Translations under genes and position numbers: made by a program
Shown here: positions 36,158 through 46,394 of the stretch, one piece after another
Position numbering within the stretch: position 1 is the stretch's first letter
Layout of the letters: each line of letters begins with the position of its first letter
From: Candidatus Undinarchaeales archaeon
Lineage (GTDB): Archaea; SpSt-1190; JASMDC01
Length of the DNA stretch: 64,000 nt
Direction: 5' to 3'
Assembly (NCBI GenBank): GCA_030753015.1
Contig: JASMDC010000009.1
Coordinates: forward strand, 1 to 64,000
The notes under the pieces: generated by a model
What the model was told of the DNA's origin: nothing
Seen by the model: only the letters and a program-made list of their open reading frames with translations
The model's database searches: none

Positions 36158-39100
36158 TTATGTAATCGCGCACCCGCACGCGCAGTTCTCCGGGACCAGT
36201 TCGCAGGTGCGTGGGTTGAGCCGGAACCTGCAGGTGGAAAGGCACTCCTCGCAAATGACCTCACGGGTGCAGTTACCGGTGGTGATTACCGTGGCGATGT
36301 GCCCCTCCTCTCCATCAAGGCTGATCAGGCCCACCTCGAGCTCGGCGAATGGATGCGCAGCAGGATTGACCAGCTCGTCGAGCCAGGGACCGGCGCCGGG
36401 TGGTGTGGCCGATACCAGGAGCCTGTAGTGCTCACCGGCTACCGGTGTGAACGGAGGTGTCTCGAAGAGACTGACCGCTTTAGGATCGAGGGTCATGTCC
36501 GGTTCCTGGACCTGCTCGTCGAGGAAGGACCCGCTGGCGTCCACGGGACGGAGGAGCAGCTCACCTGTAAAGGCCACGGGCTCGGGATTGCCCACTTCCA
36601 CGTGGCCTTTTACCGGTTCGGGACGGTAGAGCCGGCTGGTGCGCACACCCCGGGCGTCGGTGAAGTAGGCGTCCCGGAGGAGCAACGATGGCCGGGCGAC
36701 CTCCAAGTAAGCGTGAGGGTACACGGTGGCCAGGTGCGCCAGGTCCTCCCGGCACCAGGATGTGAGGGAGCGGCCAGCGCATTCGTTGAGCACCTCGCCC
36801 TGTGACTGGAAGGTTGTGATGAGCACGAAACCGTTCACGTCATGGAGCTCGGCACGCAGACCGAGCACGTGTCCCGCCATGTCGTTCGTGATATTGATGA
36901 CGGGGGTCCGGAGGGTGTGGGCACCGGGCTGGTCGATGGTCACCTCGGCCAGCGAACCGTTCACCGGACCGTCGCTGCGCATCACCGTGAGATTGCCCGC
37001 GAGCGGGAACACGGTGGTCACGAGCGTCACCTCACCAAGAGCGGTGGTCCCCGGGTAGGTGCGCGTGGTCCGCTCTCCCTGCGGCGTGACGAAGTGGACA
37101 TTGACGACCGTGAGGTTGTCCATGAGGAACACGGCGTGGATGTCCCCCCTATCGTACCCGAGCAGGGTCCCGTTGTACCGGACCTCGGCGAAAGGGGCGA
37201 GGGTGAGGTTCGTGAAGCGTGCGTCCACGCGGAACGGTAGTATGGGGATCAACCTCTCGGCGTCAGGGAGCAGGGAGCCCAGCCTGAGACCGGCGACCAC
37301 CGGATGTCTGTACTCGTCGCAGGAGCAGGCGCACGTCTCCCCTCGGACGCACGGCGGGCAGGTGCAGTTGACCTGGACCTGGAACGAGAGCGAAACGTTC
37401 CCGGACACGGTCAGGAGCCCTCGGTTGCGCACGCGGACGCTCGCTCGCAGCATCTCTCCCACGTACAGGGCGCGGACCGGCTCCTCGCTGCGGAGGAGGG
37501 CCACCTCCACCTCGAGGTCGGGAGCTAGGGCGTGGCACATACGCTGGCACACCTCAGTGGAGTTCACTGCAAGGCACAGCTCCATGCAGTCCTTGATCGG
37601 CTCCTCCAGCTCCTCTTCTTCGGGATCCTTCTCTTCCTCGTCTTCAGGATCCTCCTCTTCCTCGTCGTCGATGAGAGCGTTCCGACACCTGTCCACGCAC
37701 CGCTCCTGGAGGGTGGCGTTGGTGGGGAACTCCTCGGAGCATGCGATCTCACAGGTAGGACCCTGATCGATGCATTCTGTCGTGACCGGGAGCTCGTCGA
37801 ACCCGTCGAAGCAGCACCAGCCCGTGTCCGAGGAGGCCGTCTGACACCGATCGAAGTACGGTGCAGCGAGGCCTCCGGCGGCAGGGACGCACTCATCGGT
37901 CCCGTTGGCCGACACCCTTGAGGAGTCCAGTGCCATGGTGACGTTGAACATCCGGGCGCAGCAGGCCCGGACGCGGCGTCCCTGCTCGGGATCCTCGGCC
38001 TCGCAGGGAACGTTGGTGGTGTGCCACGTCAGGCCCTCCTCGCATACGCACACGCCGGCCTGGGCTTGGCAGTGGGATGCGGACGCGCCATGGCACCGTC
38101 GGCATACAGAGGCGCAGTCCATCCCCGGGGTCGTGTAGGTGAGGCAGGCACCGTCCTGGATGAACAGGCGTGCCGGGTCCACGGTCGCAAGGACGTCCAC
38201 GACCTTCTTCGCCGCGTTCTGGTAGGCGTCGAGGTTGGCGATCTCGATGTTCAGGGGCAGGGCCGTGGCGCGACACGTACCGCACTTACTTGGCGGGCAT
38301 GCATCGGGATATTCCTCCGGTGTCACCACGATGGGTTCGGTAGGCCCGCCCCCGCCGCATGAGCACGGGCTGTCGGCCACCACGGCAGTCCACCCCTCGT
38401 CGTAGCCGTCCACGTTGCGCTTGCAGTACACCTTGCCCACCATGTACTGTGTCCCCAAGGGCTGTCCGAGGTCGAATCCCTGGCCGGAGTTCCATGCTAT
38501 CGGCTTGTCCTCCGAGATCACCACGCAGGTGCTGGTGTCCTTGGACGCGATGTTGTTCCGCCACGGGCACGGTTCCTTGGACAAGCAGAGCCTGACGACA
38601 CCCTTCCTGCAGTATATCTCCAAGCTGTCGTCGCTACCCCGCGGTCCGCTGTCATGGATGAGGTGTTGGTCGATGAGCCCTACGTAGCCGTCGTCCCGGC
38701 CTGTACAGTTGAGCTCGACAGCGGGTTTGTCGCACGAGCATGGCTGGTCGGTGCCGTTCCCGGCGCCCCTTACTGCCGCGAGGAGCACATGCTTCCCTTC
38801 AGCGGGATCGATGTGGTTGTTCGCGACCGTAAAGACCTTGCCGTCCCAGGCGTAGAACATCACCGTGGTCTTCTTCTTGACACGCCAGACGAACACCACG
38901 ATGTCCCCTTCACCATTGCCGTCGAAGTCACCGACGAGCATATTGAGCGGTGGTCGCTTATCGCACTGTTTCTCGATAGTACCACAATCGGCGTCAAGGT
39001 CATTGGCCATACGGGCAGCTACCTGGCCGATGGCGTTGAGCCGGTCGAACTCGTCAAGGGTGAGATCGGCGTTAAGGTTGTCGGCGTTACGGCGCTCCAC

Positions 39101-41764
39101 GGTGCCGCTCCAACTGTAGAAGACGGCCTCGCCCTTTGCAGAGTGCACGGCCAGCTCTGTCCGCCCGTCACCATTGAAGTCGCCCGCCGCCATCTTTGGG
39201 AAGGTCTTCGGGATGTAGAGAGGGATGAGTCGGCCAAATTCCGCGAATTCTGGTTCATATATTATGGTGTCCCCGGGGCTGGACGGACCCAACGTGCAGG
39301 GGGAGAAGGGCCAAGAGCGTGGGGGGCACGAGCGCGTGGAATAACGTGCGTCCCACACGAGATAGCTGCGTTTGTGCTCCTCCAGCTCCCATCGCTTCCC
39401 GTCGCCGCCCTTGGGTGTGATGATCCCGTTCCACCGATAGAACCGTATGTGGTCCCTCTTTACGACCACGGCCAGTTCGTCTCGGCCGTCCCCATCGAAG
39501 TCCCCAGCAGTCGTACCATGATAGATATCATCCCCTTCGATTTGGAGACGTGGTCCGTCGCGGGCCTTGACCTCACCCTTCCACCGGTAGAAGAACACAT
39601 GGTCGTCGGTGTTGTAGTTGATGGCCAGCTCGTCAGTGCCGTCGCCGTCGAAGTCACCCGCGGCCGTCCATATGATATGGGGGTCGCCCCAGCCCATGCC
39701 GTCCAGATGCTCCCCTGAGCGCTCGTGGAAGGTGCCGTCCCAGCGGTAGAACCAGATGTTGTCATCTGTCTCGAAGTTGATGGCGAGCTCGTCGCGGCCG
39801 TCACCGTCCACGTCGATGGCGGTCATACCGGTGATCCGCGGCGTACCCCAGGTCATCGGATCGAGGTGACCTCCTCTCTTCTCGTGGACAGCCCCTGTGA
39901 ACTTGTAGAACTTGACGTTGTCCGTTTCAAGAGGGATGAGTGCCATGGTGTCGCTCTTGTTATCGCTCTTCTTAGGCTGCTGGAGGTACGCCCGCCTAGG
40001 TCTCAGGAGCGATTGATCGAGGGTATCGAGCCAGGATGGTTCGGTCATCCCGCTCATCTGTAACTGCTTTGGTTTGGGGTCCTTGAACACGGGCTTCCCG
40101 TTCACCTTCCATGTCTCGCAACAGAACTTACAGTCATAGGCAACGCCCGTTTCGCCCCGACCGGCGCAGGCCGTATCCCGACAGCCGAACCCACCATCGT
40201 TGTACCCCTTCGCCACCACGAGCCATGTACCGCAAGAGGGCATACACTTGCCGTTGTCCCAGCTACAGTGGGGCTTACGGCCGTTACACACCTCGGCGGT
40301 CTCGTGCTTGCACACGCCTTTGGTCTTATTACCATCGCCTGGACCGGGTGGCTCTTTCCCCTTACGACCAAAGCACTTCCCCACGGCGAATCCCTCGCAG
40401 TACTCCTTCCATGGGCCGTCACCGGAGAGGAGCACGCCTTCGGCCTTCACACGGAGACCCGCCTTCCCGACGTCCTTGGGGACGGCGGGATCGGCCAGGA
40501 TACCGATCAGCTTCTTCAGGCGGGTCTGGAACTCGGTGATGTTGAGGTCGGCCGACTTGAACGTGGCATTGATCAGGGCCTGGAGTTCCTCAATATCCTC
40601 TTTCAAAGGTTCGGTGGCCGTGCCGTTGGTCGTGCCATTACGCACCTTGCTCACCATCTCGTCCATTGCCTTGACGAGCCCGGGGAGGAGGGTGAGGAGG
40701 TTATCCTCGAGATACGCGCGGAGCGAACCTACTTCCTTGGCGAGCTCGCACACGTTCGCTTTGGAGCCAAGAGTGCAGGCGTCGTTCACTGCACCCACCA
40801 GCCGGGTGCACTCATACACACGAACGGGTAGAGGGAGGCTTGCCCGCTGCAAGGTGCACGACCCGCCGCTCCGGCAAGGGATGCCATCGCAGAGGGGGCA
40901 GGCGCCGAGGGAGCTGTTCTTTACACCGCTCCCGCACTTACCGGGGCATGCGGTCTTGGCCGCCTTCGCGCAGGCCGACGGGTCCAACGTTCCAGGACCC
41001 TTCCCGGGACCCTTTTCAGGACCTTTTCCCGTTCCATTTCCCTTTCCGGTGTCGTTGACCGGATTCGCCAGAGCACCGCCGCACTGGGCGTATCCCTTGG
41101 CATCGAAGGCACCTTTGGTGCGCTCGCACACCTTGCAGTGCGCGTTCAGGGTGTCCTGGATGATCGCAAGATTGGTGACAAGAGCCATGTAGAACTCGTT
41201 GAACTGACCATAGACGTCCCGACTGGCCTCCAGGTATTCGACGATGTTGTCGAAATGCCGTGACTCACACTTGAGCTTAGACATGTCCAGTGGTTCCACC
41301 TTGCCCTCGACGTTCACGCTGCCGGTAAAGGTGAACGGTGGGATGAGCCCGCACATGTCCGGCGAGATACACTTATCGCCGCCCCCCTTTCTCTTCTTGC
41401 AGTTGCAATGGTGCGTGGGCAGCGTCTGGCGCCAATCGTCGTAGTCGCCGTACCGGCACTGTCCCGGCGACACCTGTTTGCCGCAGCACCACCGCTTGCC
41501 ATCGCGAAGTCTGCATCCCCCCTCGAGGTGGTCACCGAACTCTTGCAGCCCTGAACCGTTCTCCACGTTGCACACGTTGCACCGGGGCCCGTCGTATTGT
41601 AATACGGGGCCATTGTACCCGTTGTTCGTGCTGCACACTTGGTTGCAGTCCTCACCGTTGGTGGCGACCCACTCGGTGCCCCCCGCCGCTACGCTCAAGG
41701 ACGTGGAGAGCGCTAGCGCAATAACTATCGCTAGCAGGGCGTGGAGACCTTTCATCGCTGACAC
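36158..41764 (-). CDS. Giant secreted Cys-rich protein with FG-GAP/VCBS-like repeats (putative adhesin)
   Basis: Signal peptide; five (A/V)(G/I)D(F/V)(D/N)G(D/N)G..(E/D)(L/I) repeats at about 38880-39830; many Cys clusters, GKGP linker, acidic tract. Confidence 0.85.
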   Translation of the reverse strand: MSAMKGLHALLAIVIALALSTSLSVAAGGTEWVATNGEDCNQVCSTNNGYNGPVLQYDGPRCNVCNVENGSGLQEFGDHLEGGCRLRDGKRWCCGKQVSPGQCRYGDYDDWRQTLPTHHCNCKKRKGGGDKCISPDMCGLIPPFTFTGSVNVEGKVEPLDMSKLKCESRHFDNIVEYLEASRDVYGQFNEFYMALVTNLAIIQDTLNAHCKVCERTKGAFDAKGYAQCGGALANPVNDTGKGNGTGKGPEKGPGKGPGTLDPSACAKAAKTACPGKCGSGVKNSSLGACPLCDGIPCRSGGSCTLQRASLPLPVRVYECTRLVGAVNDACTLGSKANVCELAKEVGSLRAYLEDNLLTLLPGLVKAMDEMVSKVRNGTTNGTATEPLKEDIEELQALINATFKSADLNITEFQTRLKKLIGILADPAVPKDVGKAGLRVKAEGVLLSGDGPWKEYCEGFAVGKCFGRKGKEPPGPGDGNKTKGVCKHETAEVCNGRKPHCSWDNGKCMPSCGTWLVVAKGYNDGGFGCRDTACAGRGETGVAYDCKFCCETWKVNGKPVFKDPKPKQLQMSGMTEPSWLDTLDQSLLRPRRAYLQQPKKSDNKSDTMALIPLETDNVKFYKFTGAVHEKRGGHLDPMTWGTPRITGMTAIDVDGDGRDELAINFETDDNIWFYRWDGTFHERSGEHLDGMGWGDPHIIWTAAGDFDGDGTDELAINYNTDDHVFFYRWKGEVKARDGPRLQIEGDDIYHGTTAGDFDGDGRDELAVVVKRDHIRFYRWNGIITPKGGDGKRWELEEHKRSYLVWDARYSTRSCPPRSWPFSPCTLGPSSPGDTIIYEPEFAEFGRLIPLYIPKTFPKMAAGDFNGDGRTELAVHSAKGEAVFYSWSGTVERRNADNLNADLTLDEFDRLNAIGQVAARMANDLDADCGTIEKQCDKRPPLNMLVGDFDGNGEGDIVVFVWRVKKKTTVMFYAWDGKVFTVANNHIDPAEGKHVLLAAVRGAGNGTDQPCSCDKPAVELNCTGRDDGYVGLIDQHLIHDSGPRGSDDSLEIYCRKGVVRLCLSKEPCPWRNNIASKDTSTCVVISEDKPIAWNSGQGFDLGQPLGTQYMVGKVYCKRNVDGYDEGWTAVVADSPCSCGGGGPTEPIVVTPEEYPDACPPSKCGTCRATALPLNIEIANLDAYQNAAKKVVDVLATVDPARLFIQDGACLTYTTPGMDCASVCRRCHGASASHCQAQAGVCVCEEGLTWHTTNVPCEAEDPEQGRRVRACCARMFNVTMALDSSRVSANGTDECVPAAGGLAAPYFDRCQTASSDTGWCCFDGFDELPVTTECIDQGPTCEIACSEEFPTNATLQERCVDRCRNALIDDEEEEDPEDEEEKDPEEEELEEPIKDCMELCLAVNSTEVCQRMCHALAPDLEVEVALLRSEEPVRALYVGEMLRASVRVRNRGLLTVSGNVSLSFQVQVNCTCPPCVRGETCACSCDEYRHPVVAGLRLGSLLPDAERLIPILPFRVDARFTNLTLAPFAEVRYNGTLLGYDRGDIHAVFLMDNLTVVNVHFVTPQGERTTRTYPGTTALGEVTLVTTVFPLAGNLTVMRSDGPVNGSLAEVTIDQPGAHTLRTPVINITNDMAGHVLGLRAELHDVNGFVLITTFQSQGEVLNECAGRSLTSWCREDLAHLATVYPHAYLEVARPSLLLRDAYFTDARGVRTSRLYRPEPVKGHVEVGNPEPVAFTGELLLRPVDASGSFLDEQVQEPDMTLDPKAVSLFETPPFTPVAGEHYRLLVSATPPGAGPWLDELVNPAAHPFAELEVGLISLDGEEGHIATVITTGNCTREVICEECLSTCRFRLNPRTCELVPENCACGCAIT

Positions 41765-42162
41765 TGGTGATACGACCCTCCTATGAGTGGTCCCATTTTG
41801 GTTCTGTATCGTCCCAGTTTTATATAATGTTCTTGGAACGCCTGTGGGACGCGTGAAACGCCCGTTGTTCTTTCGAGGCTAGGGAATGGGGGCGCTCCGC
41901 CCTTACTGGTCAGATTGGGCGGTTCTATCGGCAGGATGAACGCTCGGGAGCAGATAACATGGTGTAGTTTTTACAGGAGCAGGGGGTGCGCTCAGCCTAC
42001 GACCAGCACGATACCAATGACCGTGGTCACGACACCGCCGAGCATCCTCAGGCTCGCTGCCTCGCCCAGGGCGATCGATATCAATGCCGTGAGGATGGGG
42101 CTGGATGCTGTGATGGAGGAGATCACGCCACCATCGGCGAGCTCGAGGCCCTTGTACGTGAG

Positions 42163-43735
42163 GTACTTGTTAAGCTGCCCGCATGCATAGCTCCCTGCTG
42201 AGCAGCTCTTTCAGTTCCCCGTACACGTTCTTTCCCTGGAATCTCCACGTAGCGACCAAGGACGCGATGTACTGGTAGTTCTCGGCGCCTTCATCAGAGC
42301 GGAAGCATCCTATGATCTTGCGCCACAGCACACATTCGCGGATGGCCTGCTCGCCGAGATTGTTCGTCGGCTCCATGCCCGGATGGGCGACGCATGTGTA
42401 CCAGCTCCCCAATCCGTTACGGATGTACGTCACCGGGACATGAAGCTCCTTGTACTTTTCGAACTTGCACACGAGCTCCTCCATCTCCTGCTCCCAGACC
42501 GCCTTCTGGCGGAGCCGCTCCTCCATCGGAGGATCCTTGTCCAGGAACCGTCTCAACTTCTTGAACTTCTGATGGATCCGCTTGCTTAGCAACTTTCCCT
42601 GCTTGGATACGCCCTTCACATCATCCACCTTCCGAAGGAGGTGGGCCCAGCATCTCTGTAGTTGGAGGAAGATGTTGTATGACTTCCACCCGTCCGTCAC
42701 GCCGATGCCGTTAGGTATCTTGCCAAGGATCTCCGCAACCACTTTCGCGCCCCGCGAGTCCCTGAGAGCGAAGAGCACATGGCCGTCGGGGTCGCGGAAT
42801 ATCCAGAGCCACCACCTCTTCCCGAGGACCGAGAAGCTGGTCTCGTCGACGTACTTGTACGGCGCTTGGGCGATCAGTTGCCTGGTTCTCTCGTACTCTC
42901 CCTTGCACGCCTCGCCCACCCGGCGCAGGACGTTGTGGACGGTGGTCGCAGTGATCGGGAAGCCGTGGACGGACTGGATGTGCTCTGCCGCCTTGCGCAG
43001 AACCCCGCGCAGTGCGTATGTGAGCATGACGATGTTGAGGATGACGTTCAGGCCAAGCTGCCCCTTCTGCGGGCACTCGGGATGGGCGGCCGTGAACTCG
43101 TGCCCGCAGTCACTGCACTTGTACTTGTTGCACTCGTACGCGGTGACGATGGGCTCCGAGGGCGTCTCGATGTCCTCGCGGACCTTCACCTCACTCTCGC
43201 CTTCAAGTTCTTCGATGTTCCCTGAACCGCAGTGAGTGCAGTGATCCGACTCCACAGGTACGTGCCGGTTCGGCACGGGCGTGGGCCGTGTGGCCCCAGG
43301 ATGGCCCTTGGGTGCCCCCCTCTTCTTGGGACCTTTGGAGCGGTCCACCTCCTTCTTGGGCTTGATCCTCTGCTGGGATGGGGGCGTGTTGGGGTTCTTG
43401 TAGAAACAGAGTTCTCTCTTGAGCTCGGTGATCTGCTTCCTGAGCGCCGGGATCTCAGCGTTCTCTGCCAGAAGGCTCTCAACGGTGAATTCAAGTTCCT
43501 CGATCCGGCTGTCCTTCTTGGCGTCAGACGCTTGAAGGGATTCAACTGTAGACTGAAGCGACTCCACAAGATGGGTCAGCAGTTCAACCTTCGATTCAAG
43601 GTTGGCGGATCCAGTGGCAAGGGGGAGAATGTCCTGTGTGTTGCATGCGCCTGGGGGTGGCACGAAGAAGTGAGAGGACAATCATCGTTTTTCTCAGTTT
43701 GCTACGCGGGAAGTGCCGCCAAGCTTAACAAATAC
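42163..43735 (-). mobile_element. IS66-family insertion sequence (single-ORF, ISBst12-like), 1573 bp
   Basis: Terminal IRs GTACTTGTTAAGCT / GTATTTGTTAAGCT (1 mismatch); 8-bp TSD TACGTGAG at 42155-42162 and 43736-43743. Confidence 0.95.
42170..43681 (-). CDS. IS66-family DDE transposase
   Basis: Coiled coil, NTPPS, GAPKGHPG, CTHCG..CSDCG, VDETSF, TDGW, QRCWAHLLR, PTNNLGEQAIR. Start uncertain. Confidence 0.95.
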   Translation of the reverse strand: MSSHFFVPPPGACNTQDILPLATGSANLESKVELLTHLVESLQSTVESLQASDAKKDSRIEELEFTVESLLAENAEIPALRKQITELKRELCFYKNPNTPPSQQRIKPKKEVDRSKGPKKRGAPKGHPGATRPTPVPNRHVPVESDHCTHCGSGNIEELEGESEVKVREDIETPSEPIVTAYECNKYKCSDCGHEFTAAHPECPQKGQLGLNVILNIVMLTYALRGVLRKAAEHIQSVHGFPITATTVHNVLRRVGEACKGEYERTRQLIAQAPYKYVDETSFSVLGKRWWLWIFRDPDGHVLFALRDSRGAKVVAEILGKIPNGIGVTDGWKSYNIFLQLQRCWAHLLRKVDDVKGVSKQGKLLSKRIHQKFKKLRRFLDKDPPMEERLRQKAVWEQEMEELVCKFEKYKELHVPVTYIRNGLGSWYTCVAHPGMEPTNNLGEQAIRECVLWRKIIGCFRSDEGAENYQYIASLVATWRFQGKNVYGELKELLSRELCMRAA

Positions 43736-44632
43736 TACGTGAGTATCGAACCGAAGACGGAGCCCACGACACCGCCGATGCTGAGCAGGGCAACACGGCG
43801 ACCGCTCAGGAGAGACATGTTCGATCGCATGTTCCTCGTCATGGCATTGATGACCATCATGAAGACGAATCCTCCTGTCAAGCGGTAGAGATTGAGGATC
43901 TCAGGGCGTACCGCGTCAACAACCGTTTTGAAAATGGAGATGCCGACCGCCCAGCATAATGCGGCACCCAGGGAGAGGGCGATGCCCATGCCATAATTTG
44001 AATGCATAAAAGCGTCTTTCGTCAGGACAGAGGTCGTGGCACGCAGGCGTTTGAGCGTGTAGGCTGGACGCAGGGCACGCCCGAGACCGAATCCGTATCG
44101 CTGGTGATCTTCCGAAGGCTTGTAGATGGCCCCCTCCTCGCTGCGGGACGTGGACACCAGGTAGATACCCATCATCACAAGGGTGATCCCAATGAGGGTC
44201 CGCACAACGATGGACTCTCCCAGGATGAGCATGACGAAGAGCGGGTACACTGAGCTGATGCTCACCGCTCTGGACACACCGATGGCGCTGATCGCTCGAA
44301 TGAGGAGGGTGTCGGCGATGGCGAGGTTCACCACACCACCAGCGAGGATGAGGGCTACATGTGTGTCGCTGACGGCCAGCACCTCACTGGCGAACGGTGC
44401 CATTGCAACGATAAGTGTGAGCACAGTGAGGGGGGCAGCCAAACGCACAAGGCTGGCGAAGGGTGATGGTAGGTCCTTTGCACCCCGCTCGAAGAATACA
44501 GGGCACATAGCGAAGCACAGAGCTGCCCCGAACGCGTAGAAGATTCCCTCGTTCAGTGACATTGTCCTGCCTCGCGGGGGATGGCACACATTCCACGCTT
44601 CTTAAGGATTGAGTTGGGGTATAAGGACGGGA

Positions 44633-46288
44633 TTATGCTCCCGAGTAGAGCACATCGCCAGCTTGCTCGCCGAGCTCGTCCCGGCCGTCATGGTTGTCGT
44701 AGGCGACCTTACCGTTGACGAGCACGTAGTCGATGCCCTCGGGATGCTGACACGGATCCTCGAAAGTGGCATTGTCCTTGAGGTCCTGGTAATCGAAGAC
44801 CGTGATGTCGGCGCGTTTGCCCACCTCGATCGAACCGCGCTCGTCGTCGATGCCTAGCGCCTGTGCCGGCCGGTAGGTCATCATCTGGACCGCCTCGGGC
44901 AGGGTGAGAACGCCCTCGTCCCGGGCGTACTTCGCAAGCACCCGGGGGAAGCTACCATAGAGACGCGGGTGGGGCTTGCCCATGACAAGCCCGTCCGTGG
45001 ACACGGTCTGGTAGGGGAGCTGCAGGAATCTCGACTTGTTCTCCTCGCTCATGGAGTGGGCGATCATGGAGACCCCCATCTCCTCGTTCTGGAGGAGGTC
45101 GAACACGTGGTGGAACGCTTTGCGGGACGTGGGATCGATGCCCTTCTCACGGCAGATCTCGGCGATCGACTTGCCCACGTCGCCCTGGTACGGGCTGCCG
45201 TCGCTCACCGAGGAGACGTAGATGCCCTCCCAGCCCCCGTTGGAGAACTTGTAGAAGTTATCCCAGTCGCACGGTCCCTGGGCCAACATGTCATCGATCA
45301 TTTGCTCCCGCTCCAGGGGATTGGCGAGCCGGACCAGGGTGGCATCGGTCCCGCCGTCGTGGACCCATGGTGGCAGGACCGCGCCGAGCATTGTGGAGCC
45401 GGCGGTGTAGGGATACATGTCGCTTGTGACGTTCATCCCTTCATCACGGTAGGAATCGATGAGCTTGATCATCTCGTCGGCCTTGGCCCAGTTGTCGCTG
45501 CCTGCAGCCTTGAGATGGGAGATGTGTACGTGGACGCCGGTCTTCTTACCGACCTCCAGCACTTCCTTGAGCGATTCCACAACGTAATCGCTCTCGTTGC
45601 GGATGTGGACCATGAAGATGCCGTCGTGCTCGGCCACGGTGGAGCACAGTGCCTCCACCTCGGGGGAGTCTGCATAGCACGCAGGCGGATAGATGAGACC
45701 CGAGGATAGCCCATAGGCCCCCTCCTCCATGGACGATTCGAGCACATCCTTCATTCGGACGAGCTCGGCGTCGGTGGGGGCATGGTCTCCTGCGCCCATC
45801 ACGTGCTCACGCAGGGTGGAGTGACCCACCAGGGAGGCCACGTTGGTAGCGGTGTGGGCGTCGACCCTGTCGAGGTACTCCCCCATGGTATTCCAGTCCC
45901 AATCTGCGGGATCGAGGGCGCCGTCCACTCCGCCGAGCTTGCGGGCGAGTTCCTCCTTGTCTGCATCTCGTACGGGTACTACGGAGAGGCCGTCCTGGCC
46001 GGTTACCTGGGTCGTGACGCCCTGCTTGATCTTGGGTACATCGCCGCGGTTCAGCCCTTCGGGAGTAGGCTCGAACACCGCGAGGTCCGCGTGTGCGTGC
46101 ATGTCGATGAACCCGGGGGCGACGTATTCCCCGTCGAGCTGGATCACCCGGTCCGCGGACTGGCCGTCCAGGTCGCCGATGGCGGTGATGACGCCGTCCT
46201 TGACAGCGATGTCAGCACTATAAGGATCGCCGCCGCGCCCGTCAACGACGGTACCGTCGCGAATGATCAGGTCGTAATCAGGATCCAT
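44633..46288 (-). CDS. N-acyl-D-amino-acid deacylase (D-aminoacylase) family amidohydrolase
   Basis: APGFIDMHAHAD, QGVTT, GLSSGLIYPP, HIRNE, HISHLK, YPYTAGST, HPRLYGSFPR, G.RADI. Confidence 0.92.
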   Translation of the reverse strand: MDPDYDLIIRDGTVVDGRGGDPYSADIAVKDGVITAIGDLDGQSADRVIQLDGEYVAPGFIDMHAHADLAVFEPTPEGLNRGDVPKIKQGVTTQVTGQDGLSVVPVRDADKEELARKLGGVDGALDPADWDWNTMGEYLDRVDAHTATNVASLVGHSTLREHVMGAGDHAPTDAELVRMKDVLESSMEEGAYGLSSGLIYPPACYADSPEVEALCSTVAEHDGIFMVHIRNESDYVVESLKEVLEVGKKTGVHVHISHLKAAGSDNWAKADEMIKLIDSYRDEGMNVTSDMYPYTAGSTMLGAVLPPWVHDGGTDATLVRLANPLEREQMIDDMLAQGPCDWDNFYKFSNGGWEGIYVSSVSDGSPYQGDVGKSIAEICREKGIDPTSRKAFHHVFDLLQNEEMGVSMIAHSMSEENKSRFLQLPYQTVSTDGLVMGKPHPRLYGSFPRVLAKYARDEGVLTLPEAVQMMTYRPAQALGIDDERGSIEVGKRADITVFDYQDLKDNATFEDPCQHPEGIDYVLVNGKVAYDNHDGRDELGEQAGDVLYSGA

Positions 46289-46340
46289 CCTATTGTCCTG
46301 GGATATTATGGGGGGAGCGGTATATAAACCTTCCCTTTTT

Positions 46341-46370
46341 GTTACCACTCTGGAGGAGTAACATATATAT
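46341..46370 (+). promoter_or_regulatory. Palindromic operator GTTAC-N12-GTAAC followed by a TATA-like box (copy 1)
   Basis: GTTACCACTCTGGAGGAGTAAC ATATATAT; near-identical to 47419-47450. Confidence 0.7.
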
Positions 46371-46394
46371 ATGAGTTCTGACTACTATACTCCG

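Larger units (their letters stand above)
41992..44562 (-). pseudogene. DMT/EamA-family transporter disrupted by an IS66 insertion
   Basis: The N-terminal part ends ..GSVFGSILT at the IS. The frame resumes below 42163 as YKGLELADGGVISSITASSPILTALISIALGE..GIVLVVG*, collinear with the paralog at 30673-31551. Confidence 0.93.
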
